NCBI GenBank assembly: GCA_003344405.1
Contig: NOWV01000296.1
Location: 1 to 59,969, forward strand
Direction of reading: 5' to 3'
Source: Trichoplax sp. H2
Taxonomy: Eukaryota
Length of the DNA: 59,969 nucleotides
Position 1 is the first letter of the stretch. Each line of letters opens with the position of its first letter. Positions 53,577 to 59,969 of this stretch are shown here, in pieces. The position numbers and the translations under genes are program-made. The notes under the pieces are model-generated. The model worked only from the letters and a program-made list of their open reading frames with translations. It was not told where the DNA came from and did not search any database.

Positions 53577-56500
53577 ATGGCAGAAGCTACTTTACCAAAT
53601 CAGTCGCAACCTTGTGGAAATAATTTATTATTGGTTGGAAGCAAGCAATCCCCATCAGGTTCAGAAGCTCTCCAACAGCAACAAAGTAGTATTTTTAGTT
53701 CGATATCACTATCATCATACCAAGTAATTCCTCCTGTAACTCATCAACCAGGTATTAGAAAACGCATAGCTTACAATATATCCATTACTTCAGTTTTTTA
53801 TCATATACTAATCTACCATTATCGATGCTAAAGGATCGGAGCCTGAAAATACTGTTGCATGGACGCCCCCAGCTCAACAGACACAGGATTGTCCATCTGG
53901 ACTAGAATATTTAATAAATCTTGATAAAGTCCTAATAAAACAACAACCCGATCCTTTGGAAAGTAATTTTTTCATACGTCAATACAAAAATATCTCAACA
54001 GTGATAATCTGATAAAGAATTGAAAATTCACAGTAGCTATAGAAAGATATTGCAATAAAATTATGTAAATTAGAACTTTAGCGATAGCAATAAATAGCTA
54101 TGAATTAAACAATTTTTTATGTAATGTTGTTAACAGTGAAATCTTACACGATAACGCCCGATCGATTTATTATAAAGAATAAATATGATCAGCAAGTTTT
54201 TCTAGGTGTAGAAGGTAAGCATATGGCTTACTTTTTAACTATGTATGTATCTGAGAGATAAAGTAGTGAAGTAAAAGATCACTTTGGATCATAATCAAAG
54301 ATATATACTACTTTATATAACGTTATTTCATCTCGCGCTAGTATCTTGCTTAATCCTAATTGGGATTCTGACTTTTTGAAATTCAATCTTTTAAGTACGT
54401 AACTCTCGTTTGAAATTGCATTCCATTATCTGCCATTTTTCTGAATTTTGCAACAACTTTTTAGAAGGTGAACCTCGGCAAACGTTAGATATTTACAGGC
54501 CAATTATTTTAAAGGCTTATGACCGAAGCGGGCTAGAAGTATTTAAAGTCTATCGTGGATCTCTACCAGTATACTCGCTTTGTTCATGTAGTGCATCAAG
54601 TTCTGTAAAGATTCGACTCACTTTTGAATCACCACCGGGCACTCTACTCTATTACCTTTGGCCGTAAGTAGTAAAATCATAATCTTATTTTATATTCGTA
54701 ATTCTACTTCTGCTTAGTCTATAAATTATGCTATCAGAAATTAGAATATAAGTATGAAAGTTAGTAGATAAAAAACGTCATACAAGGCTTGTTGTCATCA
54801 ACTCTCCTGCTTTACGTCGATGTTTATCTTGGAATTTTGTTCCGCTTTGCCTAAAATCTTAGAACTAGTTTTAAAGGTCATTACTACATAAATGACATAA
54901 ACGGTAAATACTACGTAAAGGTTATAAACAAAATCAAAAGGAAGCAGTTCTTGGAATCTCCACCTACAGAATTCAATTTTGATGTAAGAAAAAGAACAAT
55001 AAATAATAATAGTCACTTTTACAGCTAATATAATAAGTAACAAGTAATATAAGATGGTGTCACAAATTTCGTTTGTTACCATGAGTTCTTCTACTATGAT
55101 AACCTGTGAAACCTTCTACCATATTGTAAATCTGCCCTCAAGCGTCACTATTTTCACTACCTTCGTGAAGGACCGTAGTCAACAGTAAGAATCAGTCTAG
55201 AAGTTTGCTAGCTAATATAACAAAGTTATATTTATTCAACTGTCGTTGCACTCTGTAGCTTAAATTACTCCTCTCTATTTAAGTACAAATGCGCTTCCTC
55301 ATATATTTGTGCCAAACTCAACTTGTACAATCGGTTCATTATTTCCTATACCGTAATATAGTCTTTTTCTATACACATGTAATTATATTAATTATTCCAG
55401 AGTATATACATGTACGTACGTTAATTAATATACTATGAGCCAACTTAAATTCGCTTAGTACCTAACAAATAGCATAAAAGTGTGACAACCGCCATTTTGA
55501 TTATTACATGTATTTTGCATAGCACTTAACCTATATTTATACAATCGTTAATGGAAATCCATTATCGGTTGAATATTACAATTTTACCATAATATTTACA
55601 GCTGCCCATTTCTAAATCAATTGCATTACCACCTTTACTATTTTAAACCATAGCAGATGGATTAGAACCTCAATCCATTTTAATCTATTTCGTATCTAAC
55701 TCATATGGGTCCCAATTTGCCACGTATTCATTGTCATTCTAAAGTCAGATTTTTCTTGTAAGTTATTGTACGAATCTTACTAACTTCGTTTCTTTTATTA
55801 AAAGATATATAATTACATAGAGAATTGCTTAATTGGTACTATGAAGAAGAAGTGGTTAGGCCATCAAGCCCTATCTCATGAGCACAGCCTTGAAATTGAC
55901 TGTAAGAGGCTGGATACGTATTATTGATCAGCAACCTTAAAATTACTGTTGCATTAGTGAATTTAATTTATTTTTCTACTGCAATCTTCACTTTAAAATT
56001 TTGTTTTAACCAGTGATTCCTTTCTGTAATATACTAGATTCTGAGCCATAGACCAAAGCATATTAAAATTCTATTCTTAATGCTGTAACTTTCGATTAAA
56101 GCAAAGTTAGCGCTAGCGAAAATTGAGATAAAAGTGCTATAATTATGAGCTAAGCTTGGATTACACTACTAGTTTCTTAAAGATAGAGTCATTAAGTTAA
56201 ATCTATGATTTATAAACTGATAATGGCCAGATAAATTAGATCGAACTGAACTGTTTTAAAATCACACGTAATTTTCCAACATTCTAGTTCTAATCGATTC
56301 ACCTCCAGGACTGAAAGCATGTATTATCGCGATCGGTATGCTCTACGTAAGTTTTCTCATATTCCTTTATGCCTCCGTTAATACTTTGATTCAAATTTTA
56401 CAAAATCAAATTGATCAAAGGATTTCATACGGGATACAGAGAATCGTGTATTCTTTTCTAAATTAATGCTGTTAGTGATTCATCAGAGTCGATAGAGAAA

Positions 56501-56656
56501 TTTTAAGGATTAAGAAATTGACAGATTTATTATGTCATGCTTTGTCTATTCAATATCTACTTGTAGGATGTCTATTTCTTTGATAACTACACAGAACACC
56601 AGAACCGTATAGTGGAGCATAACTGTGGAAGAAAAAGCTTTGTCAATCGTAAATAA
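53577..56656 (+). CDS. PLSCR: Phospholipid scramblase family protein, copy C, apparently intact, ~315 aa
   Basis: Exons 53577-53751, 53834-53962, 54137-54214, 54465-54663, 54863-54983, 55805-55901, 56288-56346 and 56567-56656 join with no stop (948 nt). Family motifs: DCPSGLEYLINLDKVLIKQQ, FIIKNKYDQQVFLGVE, RPIILKAYDRSGLEVFKVYR, ESPPGT, IGTMKKKWLG and LKACIIAIGMLYDVYFFD. Confidence 0.85.
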
Positions 56657-57448
56657 CCAGTAAATTTTCTGTTCAAATCAACGAGTATTTATTCTACATA
56701 AAAGCAATACATGAAAAGAAAATTCACAGCTACATTATCTTACTATATATATCCTGCAATTTGCCATATAGCAGTACCTCAATTGATGAGAAAAATTGAA
56801 GTATTCTCAGCGTTAAATAGCTTGATGCATTCCAGTTTTATCGTATTGGAAAAGTAAATAGAGAGATACCGTAATGACCAATCATGAAATGTGATTTTCA
56901 TCGGGTCGTATATAGGTATTACTTTGTTGAAATGTATTCGACTTTGATCGAAATTTAAGGTGAAATGGTCTACTCAGCTTTATTTTATGGCTATCAGAAC
57001 TGCGTGATCTACTAAAGTAAAACAAATTTTCATTGATATGCTATGAATTTTCATATGATCTGAGTTCGTGATCAGTATCTAGGCAGTGACGTATAATTTC
57101 TAATAAGGCATAGCTCATTAATACATGGATTGCTGTTAACATTGATCCTTAATTATCATTTCCGATACTGGATGTTATTACTTTGATTTCCAATCTAAGA
57201 AGTAGCCTTTATTCTGCCCATTTAAATTCTAACTTCATTAATATTTGAAGTGTTTCATGGAATTTGTGTTATAGAATGAAGTACATTATTGATAGGCGAC
57301 TCGATATGATAATAAATTATACTAGTGACCTATGATTTAGCCTAATAACCTGCTTCAAAGATATCATCTTACACATAAGAACTTTAATTTTGCAGGAGAA
57401 ATGGCCATAAATATGCCTGCATGAATTAGATCACTAATAAACTATCAA

Positions 57449-57757
57449 CTATGATGATCCACGCTTAGCATCATGTTCAAGTTTAGTTCCAAAATCTTTA
57501 ACCTTGTTATTGCGATTGATTTTTAGTAAGCCGCAGAATAGATCGAAATCTTTATCTCCGCGTGCCTCCATCAAAATTTCCAATAGTTTTCCGTTCATAT
57601 CTTCTGTGTGAATCAATAATTCAATATCCTTCACTTGCCAAGGACTTAAGATTTGCTTCTTTATCAGATCTTCAAGTAATTCTAGGATTGGAACAATTGT
57701 AATAAATTGTTCACTATTTTTGTCTAATGCAGCATAAATATCAGGATCTATTTCCAT
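57449..57757 (-). CDS. Gene 7: single-coding-exon CARD-only protein, 102 aa
   Basis: MEIDPDIYAALDKNSEQFITIVPILELL...HTEDMNGKLLEILME...FGTKLEHDAKRGSS* is a close paralogue of the gene 6 and gene 4 CARDs. The strong donor of the paralogues (G|GTAAAC) is here C|GTGGAT, and a stop follows within 4 codons. Confidence 0.8.
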   Translation of the reverse strand: MEIDPDIYAALDKNSEQFITIVPILELLEDLIKKQILSPWQVKDIELLIHTEDMNGKLLEILMEARGDKDFDLFCGLLKINRNNKVKDFGTKLEHDAKRGSS

Positions 57758-59969
57758 GCTCGATCAGTATAGGTTGAATTAAAACTAGGAAATTCGTCTG
57801 AAATAGAACGTGAAGTTGACCGTTAATATCTATGTCAATATGGTGATGTAACTGCATATTCAATATCAATGTAGGATTAATCAATGGCTTATTTTAAAGG
57901 CAATTGTGTCTCCATAAGTTTAATTGACAATCCTTAAAGTACGGCTATTTACCTTTTAAAGTACGATTATATACCTTGTTATAGATTTCAGAATTAGACA
58001 AAGTTATTCAAGAAATAATCTAAAGATCGGCGCTCCAAAAGTAAAGCAGTAGATGCATGTAGTTTCTTAGCCAATCTAAGTGTTTAGTAGAAGGTATAGA
58101 ATTTCAAGTGACTTCCTCTAGTTACTGATCACAAATATTAGTGACGATTGAACACAATCAATTTATCTATGAAATGATCGCAAGTTAATATAGGTGCGCT
58201 ACTTTTATAGCTGCTTATGCTCTTTACTAGTTATAAAGTAATTTAGCAGTTAGAACAAAACGAAATTAAACGGAAGAAAAAAATTTGTCAACATTCCAAA
58301 ACTACAGAAATGAACTCTAAACATGATAGAAATTGCTTCTTCTCGCTGTAAGGTAGTAAGCACAGACAGTACTCTTATTATTCTATCCTGTGTGTAAGTT
58401 CAATGCGCTTGCTACAGTACTATCTTAGATAGTCTTAGTGTATCTATTAGAGAATATAGAATAAATGCTCGTTTAAATTAAAAAGAATTTAGTTACTAAT
58501 TGAACTGTAACAATTCTGATAGCTATCGATGAATTAATATAGAATTCCGCTTATAGAAAGTGGTAAGCAAGCTTAAAAATTGTCGTAATGAGTCCAAATG
58601 AAAGCATTGACAAAACTACATTTTCATTAAAGCATTCATATTTTTGGGAAAATATGAAGTATCGGCAGTACCTTGCTCAAACTTATATCAGGAAGCGCTT
58701 ATTAATAGAAGATAACTACAAAATTAAATGGAAATAACTTGAAACTGTGATGAAGCTCAGGATCAATTATATCTAGGATTACTGAAGTATTTCAATAATT
58801 CACAGTAATGCAGATTGGAGACTTGCTAGTGAGGAAATGATCGTATTTTCTTTTCTGATAGATGAATATGCTTCTCATTCGGCCATATTCTCATAATAAC
58901 TGCATTCAATCTGATCCTGGTATTAAATACGTCTATAAAGAGTTTACCACCATAATATTTTGAAAAATATTGTGCATAGGGTTTGTACAAAGACTAATAC
59001 TCATACCACTCATAAATATTCGCGTAAATACCATTGATCGCCTTTCGTGCTGTTAAAAATATTTTAAATTTATTTAAATATAGATGTGCTATTCTAATTT
59101 TAGTTCCAGTACTTACTTATACGTCCTACCGTAGTGACAATTCTTCTGTTCATTCCAAAAATTAAATCATTGCCGAGTTGGCTTTTATATAGAATGCTTA
59201 TTGTAGTTGTATAAAATTACTCATTATATATAGTACTGGAATTTTAGTCGCATGTATTTAGTCTCTATATATGCAAGGATTAAATACTATTCATTTTCAT
59301 ATCTCAGTTACGGTGTTACCTTAAAGCTACTTTGAAAGTATGAACGTTCTGAGATACCCTATTTTATCAACTTTTCTTGTTTATGGTAGCCATAAATAGT
59401 CAAAGATTATAATTATTCACCATTGTATGTCGGGAATATGATTTAATGAACTTTTCTTGCATATGACAATTATAATAATCCATTGCATGTCCTTAGTACA
59501 ATCCGATCAATTTTTCTTGTGTATACTAGTCATAAATGGTCAGAGATTGTATATAATTATTCGTCATTGTATAGCTCAAATAGGATTTTATCAACTTTTT
59601 GGGGCAACTATAATTTACACGCTAGCCAGGTATGGAAAAATTTTCAAGCATTTTCTATTTAGAACACCCGTAAACGATAATTCATCCATTTGTATTACAA
59701 ATTTAATTTTATCCATCATTAATCAATTCATTATGTCATCAAAATTTTACGGCGGCAAAGTAACGACTTCTATATTGGGGATAAGTATCGACATATTTAG
59801 AACAAATTTCATAAACTGCTATGATAAGAACCATGCTTACGAGCGATTTGAGAGCATCTTGCAATGGAATATAAACCTATGACTGTAAACTAATTAAATG
59901 ATCAATTATAAAACACTGGCAAAAATCCATTCTGTATTCTGTTCAAGCTATCCTCGACAAAATCAATTG

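Larger units (their letters stand above)
47460..55785. repeat. Tandem segmental duplication of ~4 kb (about 47460-51370 and 51490-55785): ~2 kb of upstream DNA plus the scramblase 5' exons
   Basis: Long colinear matches, e.g. ctaaactaaattgctttctattttctacg (47582/51557), tctccacctgtatcaacataaaa (48541/52519), ttgcttaaatgatggaa (48726/52698) and ctcatcaaccaggtattagaaaacgcatagcttacaat (49953/53740). Confidence 0.9.

Noticed and set aside
58560..58900. Possible decayed TPR coding remnant (LGKYEV...LYQEAL)
   Set aside because: Too many stops and frameshifts to distinguish from chance by eye.
59457..59882. 141-aa plus-strand ORF
   Set aside because: Non-ATG start, I/F/N-rich composition typical of spurious AT-rich ORFs, and no recognisable motif.

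Overview
AT-rich eukaryotic (animal) genomic DNA with short GT-AG introns. The style suggests an early-branching metazoan such as a placozoan, but this is inference only. Bases 14-1933 (+) hold the last 10 exons of mitochondrial glutamyl-tRNA synthetase (EARS2). From about 4.9 to 57.8 kb the minus strand carries a tandem array of seven death-fold genes, assembled here by hand from splice sites: one CARD-CARD, three CARD-linker-Death-domain (RAIDD/CRADD-like architecture), two CARD-only, and one ~620-aa gene with an unrecognised helical N-terminal domain, a coiled coil and a Death domain. Linker exons in the CARD genes are symmetric phase-1 microexons. Six of the seven predicted products carry a DxxD caspase-type motif (DSHD, DEVD, DVVD, DVVD, DCQD, DVVD), and in four genes it is created across a microexon splice junction. 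Three phospholipid-scramblase paralogues (two pseudogenes, one intact-looking) sit inside the array on the plus strand, together with a ~1.1-kb foldback element and several local duplications. All gene models are manual predictions without transcript evidence.
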